A DNA stretch of 64,000 nt from Octopus sinensis. Its lineage: Eukaryota. The number at the start of each line of letters is the position of its first letter. Positions within the stretch are counted from its first letter, which is position 1. The stretch spans positions 18,538,001 through 18,602,000 of the forward strand of contig NC_043016.1 in NCBI RefSeq assembly GCF_006345805.1, read 5' to 3'. Made by a program: the position numbers and the translations under genes. The notes under the pieces were generated by a model. That model made no database searches. It was not told the DNA's origin and saw only the letters and a program-made list of their open reading frames with translations. Positions 40,037 to 51,834 of this stretch are shown here, in pieces.

Positions 40037-40435
40037 CAATCATTGAAAAGTATGCTTTTAAAGGCGTCGGCATTTTCCTCATATTTGGTGATCCGATATC
40101 AATGGTGGGTGATGTTCTTCTACTACCAGCAAACATTGATATCTTGAATCCAGAAGGAATTGCTTATGATATGATTCATATTGGAGGAGGATCCATAAAA
40201 GCAGAACTTCAGAAAGTAGATACGGAATCAATTGGTTATGGTTGTATTGTATCCACTACTGCGGGTTTCTTATCGTACGAAAATATATTCCACCTAATCA
40301 TTGTAGATTATCGAAATCGGAAGTGTGAAAACAACATTTTTGCATTGCAACAACTTGTAGATGTTAACGAATCTGCTTTTAAAATGACCGAGGAACTTTC
40401 ATTAAATACGATTGTTTCACCAGTTATAGGTTTAG
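40037..40435 (+). CDS. Macrodomain exon (N-terminal two-thirds of a macro fold)
   Basis: tttgttttgcag acceptor; G|gtaagt donor; 399 nt; phase 1-1. IFLIFGDPI / DVLLLPAN / IGGGSIKAEL / IVSTTAGFLSYENIFHLI / ELSLNTIVSPVIG follow the macrodomain motif order (GDIT, AIVNAAN, GG, VTxAGxL..VIH, SIAFPAI). Confidence 0.8.
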
Positions 40436-40734
40436 GTAAGTTTCTTAAAGTTTTGTTAATACCTTCTGGGCATGTAAGCTGGTGCACAACCAATCAGCTC
40501 ATCTAGATCTAAATGCGTCGACTACATAAGAACTGTAGACAATACAACAAGTAAAACACTTATTTTTCATTTCTTCTTTCCCTCAGTGAAGTTACGAAAC
40601 AGCTTCTTGAAAGAATGAAATAGAATGGAATCGGTGCGGCTTATTTCTTTTCCGATAGGTAATTGTTTCGAATCCTTGTGTTGTCTGATGAAAGATGCAG
40701 CACGGAGGAAGATGTATTTTAAGAGATTGATATA

Positions 40735-40963
40735 CAGGGTGGCCCAGAAGTAGGTTTCAACTATCTCTTTCGCATTCATATATTAACAGATTAGATATTA
40801 ATTATACAAAAAATTAGATATTAATTATACAAAAAATATGAAACCATTATTCTATGCTAATTTAGTTAATTGTAAGATAGAAATTTAAATGTAATAAAAT
40901 GTTTTAAAAGAAATTTAAAGTGCCTATGTGATAACTGTAAACCTAATTTTTGGGGCCACCCTG
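40735..40963. mobile_element. Tc1/mariner-type MITE with TA target duplication
   Basis: ta|cagggtggccc ... gggccaccctg|ta. Confidence 0.8.
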
Positions 40964-41521
40964 TATGCTGGTTCAACAACTCATTTCTTATAACCGTCGA
41001 ATAAAGTCGTCGAGCGCCTTTTGGCCTTCGAAAAATTCAATACAGAATGGAATATATCCTGTCGATTTTTATATGTTTGCGAGGTGATAGAGAAAAAAAA
41101 ATGCCACGAAATCCAGCTTGCTCATGAGGTTGACTTTCATCATTGGTTAGCAATTCACTTTGCTATCATCTTTGTGAATATCTTGCATTTGAGACTCGGT
41201 AGTATATTAGATCTTTTCTATTCTTCTTTTACTGTCATAAAATTTATATTTCATTATGCTACTTCACTTGCTATCGGCTTGCTTGAGACAAACGATGAAG
41301 AGCTTGACAATTTATCTTGATGTAAACTCTTCTTCATCTTTTAAGACATTGGATATTTTATTGTTTCGTCCATTTTGTATTTGTTTAATATCTTTTATTT
41401 GTTTAATTGCATATTCCACTTCAAATAATGTAATTTGTAGTTTCAGTGATGTCTGCTGTAAAGTCGTTATTTCTGCCACTAAAAATATATATAGCCTTTT
41501 TTTTCCACTCTTTTCAAGTCT

Positions 41522-41807
41522 AGCCAGGCTAATGGGCCCGGTTTCCCGGTTTCTGTGGCGTATGTGTTCCCCCCCAGCTGGACGGGACGCCAGTCCATCG
41601 CAGCGTTACTCAAGAAACATGAAGAGAAAGTGAGAGAAAGTTGTGGCGAAAGAGTGAAAAAGGGGTCGCCACCACCCCCTGCCGGAACCTCGTGGAGTTT
41701 TTAGGTGTTTTCGCTCAATAAACACATACAACGCCTGGTCTGGGAATCGAAACCGCAATCCTCCGACCGCGAGTCCGCTTCCCTAACCACTGGGCCATTG
41801 CGCCTCC
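41522..41807 (-). mobile_element. SINE head1 + tail Y (in macrodomain gene intron 2)
   Basis: Head as at 37068, tail as at 26524-26610. Confidence 0.9.
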
Positions 41808-42662
41808 ACTATATAGCCTTTAGGAGAACTCTATTGTTGTTCGTACGTACCTTTTTCTCCATTAAAAGGTGATCGTACTATCTCCTTTTAACGTTTTCAT
41901 TTCTGTCTTCTTTTCATTCATATTTTTCACCAAATTAAACACCGTTGATGTTTACCATTTGCTGTTTTCTACTTTACACAGTTCTACATTCTAGCTTCTC
42001 TAAAGCTGAATTTATTATCTTTTTCCCATTTCTTCATGAAATGCAGCATTTTATGAGTTAATATCGTTTTCGCTGTGAACTTTCCAGCAGTGATCAGTTG
42101 TTTTAATGAGAACTGTTACTAGATTATTATTTTAATTTTTCTGTCTCATCTTTGTGATTGCGTTTATTGTTGTCTTGCTCTTAGTTTAGAAAAGGTCTAT
42201 ATAGATCTTAAAGAACCTGTTTAGTTTTTTTTTTAAATTGTTTCTTTCGTTCCTTTTGCAAGTTGATTTTGAACTTGCGTCTAACCATTCTGCAATCTTT
42301 GTTTTTGACCTTATTAATTATTCCTTTGTTCCGGAAGATGTCTTGTGCTTCGTTCAAGCTTTCTCAGTTTGGATTTCTAGAGGTCCGTTTCTTAAGTTTT
42401 TTTTTTGTTCTTGTTTCTTTTTTCTTTTTTTAATGTTTCCTCTCTTTGAAGATATTTGCTATCCATAAGTGGCTCCTATGCCAAAAGATGATGCTTACAT
42501 TTGTAACGATGGAAAAACCCGTGTTTCACTTTACTTCAGCTTCTAACGTCGCTAACGAAAACTTAGGCGTCACGAAAATCTCTTTACTCTTCCCTTTAAA
42601 TCTACAATACTGATTACGATGCGCATTTATGAACTTTTCTTTATATACATATATATATATAG

Positions 42663-43183
42663 AACAGGGATACTTACCTGGAATGTGTGCTGAAGCCGTA
42701 CTGCAAGGTTTAATCGAGTTTTCCAATGAATTTCCTAACAATCACTCCCTACAGAAACTCTATGTCTGCTCAACCGATCTCTATATCTTGCATATATTCG
42801 TTGAGACATTTAATAAATTGATATATCCAGACCCAACGCAATCAGCTTATAAACCGCAATTCAAACCAAAAAGAGAAGAAGATTATCACAATCAACAGAG
42901 GCCGCAATAATTATTGTCTCAACACCAGAATTTATTGACATTAAAAAATCCCTCCAAACTACAACCACCGATGAATTCTATGTTATGTATCAATCTGAAT
43001 ACACCATTTACCTCAGTGATATTAGGCAGCAGAATGGACGGCAAGTGAAAGATGTTATATATATGCCTCCACCTCTAGTCTTGAGTGAAAAAGGCTATGA
43101 CCATTTTGAGGACACTCTTCTCAGACAGTTGAGAAAGCTCTTCCTGAATACATACCAACAAATTTCGATTATCATTGATCTCA
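42663..43183 (+). CDS. Macrodomain gene exon 3: end of macro fold (EQGYLPGMCAEAVLQGLIEFSNEFPNNHSLQKLYVC), then a frameshifted continuation; as written it stops at 42910
   Basis: tatag|AA acceptor is phase-compatible with the previous exon; the C-terminal macro helix and strand are recognisable. A second frame is open 42853-43194 and ends at a strong A|gtgagt donor; 521 nt is one base short of a symmetric phase 1-1 exon. Confidence 0.65.
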
Positions 43184-43299
43184 GTGAGTATTGATATTTC
43201 GTTATTCCACACACATTCGTCTTAAATAAATAAAAAAAAAAATATGAGTAGTTCTACATTGTCACGTGTATACGCACATACATACACATACATTCCCAT

Positions 43300-43312
43300 G
43301 TATGTATGTATG

Positions 43313-43391
<79 letters not shown>

Positions 43392-43555
43392 ATCTATCTA
43401 TCTGTCTGTCTCTCTGTCTGTCTGTCTGTCTCTTTGTCTTTCTATCTGTCTGTATATATATACAAAATTTTTTTTTTTGTAGTTCAGCTCAGAGCTGCGG
43501 CCATGCTGATGCACCGCCGTTTGTATAGATTAGATATGTATGTTGTATATGTATG

Positions 43556-43629
<74 letters not shown>

Positions 43630-43780
43630 TATACATATACATACATACATACATACATACATACATACATACATACATACATACATACATACATACAAGA
43701 TACATACATACATACATAATACATACATACATACATATATACATATACATAGTATATCTATATATTATATATTTATATAG
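43300..43780. repeat. Compound (TCTA)/(TA)/(CATA) microsatellite
   Basis: Direct reading. Confidence 0.9.
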
Positions 43781-44314
43781 TTATGTATTTATTTAGCGGG
43801 CCGTTTACTCAATAATTTTTCTAAACTGCATTTTCACTATTCTTTTACAAGAATAGCGTTGAAAGTGATTTCGAAGTTTCGGCCAGTTTAACTCTTCTTC
43901 AGAACGAAACCTCGCAATCACACTCAGCACTGTTCATTTTAATTTTATATATTATCTTTTAGTTGTTATAGTCATTGAACTGCAGCCTTGAAAAATTTCT
44001 TAGTCAAATGAATCAATCCAAGTATCTACGTTTGTAAACCTGGTACTTATTCTATCGGTCTCTTTTGCCAAACCTCTAATTTACGAGAACATAAATGCAT
44101 TAATACCGGTCGTCAAGCGGTGGTGGGAGATCAACACAGACTCAAAGACAAACACACCCATACACACATAGATATACATACACACACACACATGCAGATA
44201 GGTATATACGAGTTTGTATGACTGTATATAGAAGAATGTATCAATAAAATTTTATCTGGTTTTCATGTTTTATTGTTTGCAATCTTTGAAATTTTAGAAT
44301 TTTACAATTTTGAA

Positions 44315-44356
44315 ATAAACTAGTACTTTCATGTATTATGCAATCATCAGGTTTAT
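44315..44356 (-). ncRNA. Hammerhead-like motif, left arm of a fold-back
   Basis: Minus strand reads ataaac-CTGATGA-ttgcataatacat-GAAA-GTAC-TA-gtttat. Confidence 0.45.
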
Positions 44357-44426
44357 ATAGAGACAGCAGTTTTCTACAGTTGACACAATCTGAGTCAACT
44401 ACGTTGTGGAACACGGCCGTCACTGC

Positions 44427-44468
44427 ATAAACCTGATGATTGCGTAACAGATGAAAGTACTAGTTTAT
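44427..44468 (+). ncRNA. Hammerhead-like motif, right arm of a fold-back
   Basis: ataaac-CTGATGA-...-GAAA-GTAC-TA-gtttat: 6-bp stem I, palindromic AGTACT stem III, weak stem II. Confidence 0.45.
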
Positions 44469-45197
44469 TTCAATAATGTAAAATTGTAAATAATAAAACG
44501 TGAAAATCAGACTTAGTTGGAATTTCATTGATCAGTATATATGTGATAAATATCCTTAGTCCAAATATATGATAAATATATATGATAAATATCCTTAGTT
44601 CAAATAAATTGTATGTGTAAAATTGAAAAATTGTAAGCGGGTTAATACCTCAATATATGTTTAAATATTGAAAAATGTAAGAGGTTTAATATCTCAATGA
44701 ATGTTTGTGAAAGAACAGTGTTATAGAGAAGCAATGGGTCGGCGGGCGCTTTCTGACTTCTCCCATCCTAATCATTCTCGTATCATTATCATTCATTTCA
44801 TTAATGTCTTGCCCAGCCCGCAAAGCTATCTAATCTTTGTACTGTCTTTATGAGAAATTTGATGAAATAAAGTAGCTTGCTTACCTCATTGCGCATGAGC
44901 GAGCCAGAGTTGTGTTTGACACTGAAGCTGTAAGACGTGTTTTTGAAGTAGTCTTAAATTGAAGATTTTTGAAACTCTGCTACAAGGTAAGATTTTTTGG
45001 GTGTAGTGGGGGACCTGTTGTTTACCGCAATTACTTTTTACAAATAAGAAGTCCTCACTGGATTCTAGTCTGCCTGAGGCTGAGTGAAAATTTTTTTCAC
45101 TTAATTGTGAAAATTATTGGTTTGGTGGGCGTATCCTGCCGCAAAATTTTGTTTGAAAATAGTGCTTGCCCAAGAATAACTCCGTGGGAATTTTTAG

Positions 45198-45274
45198 AAA
45201 AATTTCAACAATATTGTCCAGCATGGACGACGGTGGAGTGCACGGACACAAGCGATGATGAGGTGGAAAATTGA
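45198..45274 (+). CDS. Candidate last exon of the macrodomain gene (KFQQYCPAWTTVECTDTSDDEVEN*)
   Basis: tttttag|AA acceptor is phase-1 compatible with the 43183 donor; AT-rich UTR-like sequence follows; weak pyrimidine tract. Confidence 0.3.
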
Positions 45275-45629
45275 CCAGAGGTTGAAAAGTTTCAGTGTTA
45301 TAGTGTGTAAGAGGCTCAGCGCCTCATTTGTAAATGGACTAGTGTTGATTGTATACTGAATATTTTATTGTATGTTATTGTATGTTATTATTTGTAATGG
45401 ACTATTAAGTCCAATAATTGTAAAAACTGTCGTGAGAGGTTCAATACCTCGTTTTGTTTTTTCCGTTGGAAAATAGAAGAATAATGTTTTAGGAAGCAGA
45501 AAATCAGCGGACGTTCTTTGTCTTCTCCCATCAATATCATCCTTGTTTCATCATTCACCTCATCAATGTATATGTCCAGCCCGCAAGCTACTCTTTGTAA
45601 TGTCTTCATGGCAAATCTTAATGAAATAA

Positions 45630-46020
45630 AGTAGCTTGTTTACCAACCACATGGTTCCGGGTTCAGTCCCACTGCAAGGCAGGTTGGACAAGTGTCTTCT
45701 ACTATAGCCTCGAGCCGACCAAAGCCTTGTGAGTGGATTTGGTAGACGGAAACTGAAAGAAGCCCGTCGTATATATGTATATATATATGCGTGTGTGTAC
45801 GTATGTGTGTATACGTTTGTGTGTCTGTGTTTGTCCCTCTCCAACATCGCTTGACAACCGATTCTGGTGTGTTTACGTCCCCGTAACTTAGCGGTTCGGC
45901 AAAAGGGACCGATAGAATACATACTAGGCTTACAACGAATAAATCCTGGGGTCGATTTGCTCGACAAAAGGCGGTGTTCCAGCATGGCCGCAGTCAAATG
46001 AGTGAAACAAGTAAAAGAGT
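45630..46020 (+). mobile_element. SINE A lacking the first ~20 nt
   Basis: Starts at aagtagcttgtttacc. Confidence 0.85.
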
Positions 46021-46570
46021 ATGTTAATACGTTAAGAAAAGTGTACTAGCGTGCGTGTTTGTTTATGTGTGTGAGTGTGTGAGAGAGAGGGATAAAGAGA
46101 GAGTGAGCGAAAGAAAGTGAGAGAGAGAGAGAGAGAGAGATTGTGTATGTACGTGTGTGTGGTTGTGTGTGAGCTTACTAGTGTGCATGTACGTGTGCGC
46201 CTGCTTCTGAGAGAATCATGGTAAATGGTTCTTCTACTGGATAATAAACATTGAGAAATAACCGGTTTTACTCCCAATTCCTTACGTACACGCGCAGAAA
46301 GTTCAGGAGGAATCGTATACTCTTAATGATATGTGAAAACAAGCATGTGAATTTGTGTGTCCATATATATATATATATATACATACATATCTATATGCAT
46401 ATGTGTATGTGTGCACACATTCATATATATAAATATACAAAGATACATATATGTACGCAAACATATAATATATATATGTATATATATTTAGATAGACAGA
46501 TAGATAGAAAGATGATACATACATACATATATAAATACATACATAAATATACATATACATATATATATAG

Positions 46571-46800
46571 ACGCGGAGTGGCTGTGTGTGAGTAGCTTGC
46601 TTACCACCACATGGTTCCTAGTTCAGTTCCTCTGCGTGGCCCCGAGTGCAAGTGTTTTCTATAGCCTCGGAACCGCCAAAACCCTAGTGTGGATTTGGTA
46701 GAAGGAAACTGAAAAGCCCGTCGTATAATATATATATAATATATATATATATTATATATATATCACATGCACACACGCATACACACACACACATACACAC

Positions 46801-46860
<60 letters not shown>

Positions 46861-47082
46861 TTGAATGTATGTGTGTGTTTGTGTGTCTGTGGTTCTAGAC
46901 CACAATCGATTGACAACCGATGTTGGTGTGTTTACATCCCCATAACTTAGAGGTTCGGCAAAAGGGATTGACAGAATAAGTACTAGACTTACAAAGAATA
47001 AGTCCTGGGGTCGATTTCTTCGACTAACGGCGGTGCTCCAGCATGGTCGCAGTCAAATGACTGAAACAAATAAAAGAATAAA
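46571..47082 (+). mobile_element. SINE A, full length, expanded internal microsatellite
   Basis: All modules present. Confidence 0.85.
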
Positions 47083-47509
47083 AAAATTATATATACTGTT
47101 GCGTCCGTGGGGGGGGGACTCATTCTCTTTTAGTGCCTTATTATTTAATATACGCACCGGTAAAATTTCCACTCACTTATTTGTTATTCTAAAATTTTCG
47201 TTGCGTCTTGCAACCTTTTCAATAGTATTTAACAATCCATTAATACTTTATGAAGGTATTTTGTTTAAGATCAAGAAACATTAACTGATTAATTGAAATA
47301 TATTTTAAGATAAATGATTTAAGTTTACTAATTATCCGATCATTATACTTCCTGAAGGAAGATTCAGCTTGCTTAATTACTATTAATTAAACGTACAGAA
47401 ATATCTTATCTCATTTCATTGATACGTAATAGAAAAAGACTTTGTCCGTCATTCAAGCTGCGTTCTTTTTGTTTGTTTGTGCGCATGTGTGGGGGATAGT
47501 CTGTCTGCG

Positions 47510-48313
47510 CATATACATGTATGTATGTATGTATGTATGTATGTATGTATGTATGTATGTTCTGTATGTATGTATGTATGTATGTATGTATGTATGCATG
47601 TATGTATGTATGCATGTATGTATGTATGTATGTATGTATGTATGTATGAATGTATGTATGTATGTATGTATGTATGTATGTATGCATGTATGCATGCATG
47701 TAAGTGTGTATGCATGTATGTGCGTGTGTGTGTGCGTATGTATATATGTATGTATGTGTGTGCGTTTGTATGTGTATATTCTGTTTATGTGTTTGTGTGT
47801 TCGTGTATGTGTGTTTTTATGTGTGTGTGTCTGTGTGTTTGCATGTCTGTATGTCTGTGTACCTCAGTCTCCTTATATGACCATGTCTGAGTGTGTGTGG
47901 GGTTGTGACTATATACTGCGTCAGTAAGTATAGATATGTACCTGTATATGTGTTGACATGTGTCTCCATATATGTACTTGTGTGAAGAGTGTGTGTGTAT
48001 GGTCATGTGTTTCAGTCTTCATTTGCGTATGTGTGTGTATGTTTGATATTACCTATGTACCTATCCGTCTGTATGTCAATCTGTTTACTTTCATATCCTT
48101 TGCCTACATCATGTGCATATACATATACATAAATGCACACACACACACACACACACCACACTACATCTACATAACAGCCCATTAAGTATTCTACTTGTAT
48201 ATAAATATAACTAGTGGTTATAGGGGTATGATGTCTGTAGAGGCCACAATATATATAGATATACATCTATATGTATATATATAATTCTATACATGTACAT
48301 CTATAAATTTACA

Positions 48314-48353
<40 letters not shown>

Positions 48354-48410
48354 AACACATATCTACATGCATACATACATATATATACATGAATATATAT
48401 ATATATATAT

Positions 48411-48441
<31 letters not shown>

Positions 48442-48442
48442 C

Positions 48443-48489
<47 letters not shown>

Positions 48490-49110
48490 TATACATATAC
48501 ATATAAATCTCTATATATACATACATATATATGTATACACACGTATATAAATGCATTTATGCATGCATATATGTATAGTTATATATATATATATACATAA
48601 ATATATATGTATATACATAAGTATATATATATACATATACATATATTTATGTACATATATATACACGTATATACATATATATACATATAATGCAATATAT
48701 ATATATACATTTATATATATACTTATATATATATATACATGTATGAACACATAAATATGACATATATGCATACATATATATATATATACATATATACATA
48801 TATACATATATATATACATATAAATCTATATTTTTATACGTGAGTATATATATACATATGTACAAGTACATATATACATATACATCTATTCATATACACA
48901 TGTACATCTCTCTCTCTATATATATATATACATACATATATATGTGCAGATGTATATACACATATATACCTGCATACATATATATATATATGTATGTATA
49001 TGTATACGTATATATATATATACATATATGTATAACAAAATAATAAATAAAACATATGCATATATACATACATATATGTACGTACCTACATCTATATGTA
49101 TATATACATG
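47510..49110. repeat. Extended (TATG)/(TG)/(GATA)/(TA) microsatellite field
   Basis: Direct reading; source of many spurious YI/VC/HT ORFs. Confidence 0.9.
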
Positions 49111-49518
49111 CATATATAGATACAGGACACCAAAAAAACGTCGAACACAATGAGAAACGAAAACATTAAAACAGAACCATGGAAACGGACATTTTTTTAA
49201 ACAACGAAAAAGCAGGATACAAGACATACAACACAAGAAAAATTCCCCTTCTTCAGCCGCCTCCGTTTCGTCTACTCCCCGTTTCGAATGTGAGGTAATA
49301 GTTTTACTGTTAACAGTTTCATTATGTATATGTTATATCCATGGCGAAAGTATTAATAGTGAAACTATCAAAACTGAAACTGTTATCTCACATTATAATA
49401 TAGATGTTATTGTTTCACTTCTGACACTTAATACCGAAACAGTGACACTCCATGGACCCCCAAGTAGTGTATGTGTAAAATTTGAATGAAATTGGTCGGG
49501 TAGTTCTTGAGTTTTTAG

Positions 49519-49618
49519 NNNNNNNNNNNNNNNNNNNNNNNNNNNNNNNNNNNNNNNNNNNNNNNNNNNNNNNNNNNNNNNNNNNNNNNNNNNNNNNNNN
49601 NNNNNNNNNNNNNNNNNN
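49519..49618. other. Assembly gap (100 N)
   Basis: Run of N. Confidence 1.
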
Positions 49619-49671
49619 TGATGGATTTGGTAGACGGAAACTGAAAGAAGCCCGTCGTATATATGTATATA

Positions 49672-49706
<35 letters not shown>

Positions 49707-49952
49707 AGTAGGTGTGTGGTGTGTGTGTGTGTGTGTATGTCTGTGTATCTGTGTTTGTCCCCACCCCCAACATCACTTTTCAACCGATGCTGGTGTGTTT
49801 ACGTCCCCGTAACTTAGCGGTTCGGCAAAAGAGACCGATAGAATAAGTACTAGGCTTACAAAATATAAGTCCTGGGGTCGATTCGTTCGACTAAAAGGCG
49901 GTGCTCCAGCATGGCCACAGTCAAATGACTGAAACAAGTAAAAAGAAAAAAA
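49619..49952 (+). mobile_element. SINE A, head lost in the assembly gap
   Basis: Begins immediately after the N run. Confidence 0.85.
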
Positions 49953-50495
49953 AAAGGTTATGACTTGATCGCAGATTCGAACGACGATAATTTTGCCACC
50001 ATGATACAAATAAATGTACAAATAAAAAGTCTTTGCGTGTTTCTGATCGCCTAAATAGTGTCTTCCACGCCGCAATTAATCCAAGAGTAGAAATATATTT
50101 AAAAATGAAATTACTGTAAACTCAGAATACAGCACCCAACCCTTAAAACGTAATGCCAACTGGCATGAATCTATTTATCTATAAGCTGTATGGCAAAATG
50201 AAGGTGGAGCTGTGCTTATATAGGAAGAGCAAATACAAACCAGATAACAAAAAAGCCACTGTTGAATTAAACTTATAACTGAAATATAACTGTTTGAAAA
50301 CATTTTTCGGGCGGTACAGTGAAAGAAACAAAAAATGAGTAGAAATAAAATTTCGCACTCATAACATCTCTATGCGAATTTCTTCGAAGAGAGCAACAAC
50401 GCCCCGAACTGTAGATGAATTCGAAACACAATTATAATGGTGAATGATGAAAGAAGATATGTGGTATATGTAAATATACATGTATATGTGTGTGT

Positions 50496-50527
<32 letters not shown>

Positions 50528-50541
50528 ACACACACACACAA

Positions 50542-50583
<42 letters not shown>

Positions 50584-50668
50584 CACATATATAAAATGTG
50601 ACCTCGTGTGTACCGTTGGCGATTTTTTTCCCTCTGTCTTCCCTTCTCTGGATCTTTCCTTCTCCTAT

Positions 50669-50703
50669 GTTTCTGACGAAGAGCTCCGCTCGAAACGTTA
50701 AAC
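50669..50703 (+). ncRNA. Minimal type I hammerhead ribozyme motif (Penelope-like pseudo-LTR type)
   Basis: gttt-CTGACGA-a-gagc(tcc)gctc-GAAA-CG-TT-aaac: intact core, 4-bp stems I and II, palindromic ACGT stem III. Confidence 0.65.
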
Positions 50704-50818
50704 TTTTTTCCTTCTTTCCTGAGCGTCCAATAATACTATATTTGTTCCACGTCCTCGTGTTGTTGTGTTTTTTTTGTGCTTTCATGTTTGGATTAACTAT
50801 ATATATATATATGTATAC

Positions 50819-51016
50819 TGTTTATTGACTTGACTGGTTTCACTTTTTTAGAAGAAGATTATCAAAAGTAAAATGTAAAGCTTTGCATAAGCTTTGTTGT
50901 ATTAAAAAATGGTCTTGTGATGACCATTTTTAACACAACAAAGATTATACAAAGCTTTACATTTTACTTTTGATAATCTTCTTCTAAAAAAGTGAAATCA
51001 GTCAAGTCAATAAACA
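50819..51016. repeat. Near-perfect inverted repeat, arms about 95 bp, 7-nt loop
   Basis: tgtttattgacttgactg...aaatggtc-ttgtgat-gaccattt...cagtcaagtcaataaaca. Confidence 0.9.
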
Positions 51017-51601
51017 TCTCTATAAGACCTTTGCATTTTCAAAACTTCTTTCATATATATATATATATATTATTGTTAGATTTCTAATAAAGATTCTTCA
51101 TATTAAATTGGTAGCTTACTATTGTTGTAAGTATTTTTTTAAAATATGAAGATGTTACAAGTATAAGGTGTGTTAGCATTTATAGAACACGTATCCTTTA
51201 TAAACTCAACAAACAATTAAAAATGGAGAAGAGATGTTAAAAGTTTTATAAAATTATAATCCATGCATACGATCGTTTCGAATGGTAATATTAACATGTA
51301 AGAAACATGGAAAAAATTAAATTAATTATAATTAAATTAATTACATATTACCGTTCTCCTCAGTGCAAAAGAAGAGTACATAAAAAAACAATATATCAGA
51401 GGAATACTATATTGTTACAGATGACTAGATAAGGTGAGTGTCACATAACTCATTCGGATATTCAAAATATGATTATGAAAGATGAAATATAAAAACATGC
51501 TTGGGCAAGTCTCTTCTACTATAGTCTCGGATCGTATGCATTGGATTATAATTTTATAAAACTTTTAACACCTTCTCTTCTCCATCTTTAATGTTGGTTT
51601 G

Positions 51602-51633
<32 letters not shown>

Positions 51634-51776
51634 ATTAGGGAATAAATCCAAACTTACAGGGATATAATATAAATTATTATTAATATAGTAATATAAATTA
51701 ATTAATCTTATGTATTGGCTTAAGTTTTTTCATTGTATGATTTGCCTAATAGTGGTTTTATCTCTAATTTAATATA

Positions 51777-51834
<58 letters not shown>

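Noticed and set aside
49393-49817. ORFs spanning X residues
   Set aside because: Artefacts of the 100-N gap.
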